Assembly: GCA_977016875.1 (NCBI GenBank)
Contig: CDRNST010000034.1
Coordinates: 682,001-746,000 of the forward strand
DNA length: 64,000 nucleotides
Direction of reading: 5' to 3'
Origin: Pavona decussata
Lineage: Eukaryota
This document shows, piece after piece, positions 62,419 to 64,000 of this stretch. Numbering within the stretch: the first letter of the stretch is position 1; each line of letters opens with the position of its first letter. Under the pieces are notes generated by a model. It had not been told where the DNA came from. It worked only from the letters and a program-made list of their open reading frames with translations, and did not search any database. Position numbers and translations under genes: made by a program.

Positions 62419-64000
62419 TGTACACAGAGAAAGGCTGAACATTTTGGGGGTCAGAGTACAGTACAGTACTAGTACAGGACCTCCTCCCTTTCTCTCAGAG
62501 ATGTTGGTCAGTGGGGTGGTATCTTGGTAATCTGTGTACAACAGCCCCTCTCTCATTTGCCCCTCCTCGCCCATACTGCCTTCATTGTGCTTGGATTCAG
62601 AGAATAATGGACCATAGAAAGGAAGCTACTAATTATTGAACAGTACATGCATGTTGGTAAATTTCTCACATGTTTATTACTTACTTGTTACAGCTGTTCA
62701 TGGACTACAGATCAACAGTAAACGGATTGCTTTGGGTTTCCAAAGCATTGTAGGCATGCTAACAGAATTTGAACAAATGCATAATGCTTGAATATGAAAA
62801 TATTATTTTACTTAAACTCTCTGGTTCAGAGTGCGGGTATCAGAACCATAAAACTCTACTAAATCAAAATAGCACTATTTCTATTCTGTGCTTTTGTTAG
62901 CCGTAAATAGTTAAGAGTATTACCTGTGTCTAATGTCTGCACTCTAGCTTCTAATGCTTTCCTGAGTGTTCTGTTGTGTTTACAAATACGCTTTAACTAA
63001 AATCACATTGTTTGTTTTATACTAAACAGTTGTGTTCAACTCAACATGAAAATTGTACAAGAGGGTCCACAATATGCCCACAAACCCTGATTCCCACTTA
63101 GTTTTTCTTGGACTCCTGAATTCTAAAATAGCTAAGAATTTTTGAATATCTAAAGTTGGATTTAACATCCTGAATCTTGTGTCACCAGAAGCTTATATGT
63201 GTAAAGTGGAGAAGGAATTAAGTAAAATCCCACATTCTACATTCCTAAAACCTATTGTGTACCCTCCAAGAACTTACAATTTTCATAATGTCAATTTAGC
63301 AGAAACAAACTTTGTTACATTTTTCAAATGTATCTTATTCTGTTTCAACCAAATTTCAACCTTTGTCTTGTAAAATAAATGTTGCTCTGATTTTAATTTC
63401 AACTATTGAATTACAGGGGAAGGTTCCCATGGTTGCACTCCAAAATGATTGGGAGGTGCAAATTTGTGGTAAATAAATTATAATCCCCCAAACTCCCCTA
63501 GGCTTGAAGGAAAACCTGAAAAATCTCATTAACAAACGATTCAGATGAAAAAAATATCAATCAAATTTGGATCTGCAAAAAGTCAATGACAGATTAAGGG
63601 GGAAACAAAGATGACCCAAGTGAAAGATATTAAGTGTTCCTTGTGCAAAAGAGAATCCATGTGGAAAGCGGCAATAATATATTTACTACAGAACTTTTCC
63701 CTGGATTTTTGTGTAGCCTATATGTTTGAGTGGTCATTGAGTCATCGGTGACTGCAAACAGTGCGATGCAAATAAATCAGAAAATAATAATAATAAATGC
63801 CTCTTTTCTGACACAATGCCCCTGTCAAATATCTATTTCTTTACGTATTGAAGCACTCGTTTACTGCCAATTCTTCATTGTTTTCAATAAAAAACAAATT
63901 TCCTTGTAAAATAAAACTACTCCACAGAATTTACAGCAAAAATTTCTTACCCTACACCCTTAAAAAACATAGACCCTTTGCATAAATGGCACCCAAATTT

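Overview
Eukaryotic, intron-rich genomic DNA. The repeat content and gene structures suggest a stony coral or related anthozoan (inference). Genes reconstructed by hand from splice sites and reading-frame phase are: (1) the 5' four coding exons of BRAF (minus strand, running off the left edge); (2) a complete 22-exon CPED1 orthologue (minus, ~1036 aa) whose N-terminal half keeps a recognisable but apparently inactive tubulin-tyrosine-ligase-like ATP-grasp domain ahead of the cadherin-like and PC-esterase domains; (3) a small spliced gene (minus) for a 78-aa secreted prepropeptide releasing a cationic 38-aa, 6-Cys peptide with a C-C-C-CC-C framework unlike the coral peptide families I know; (4) a 3-exon, 78-aa orphan ORF (plus) lying head-to-head with that peptide gene; and (5) the 5' exons of an N-terminal SH3-domain gene (plus). 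Genes 3 and 4 appear only as fragments in the ORF track and are the most novel-looking items. The rest is MITEs and other non-autonomous DNA transposons, tRNA-derived SINEs, Penelope-like retroelement fragments with hammerhead-like cores, a decayed integrase-core transposase and one assembly gap.
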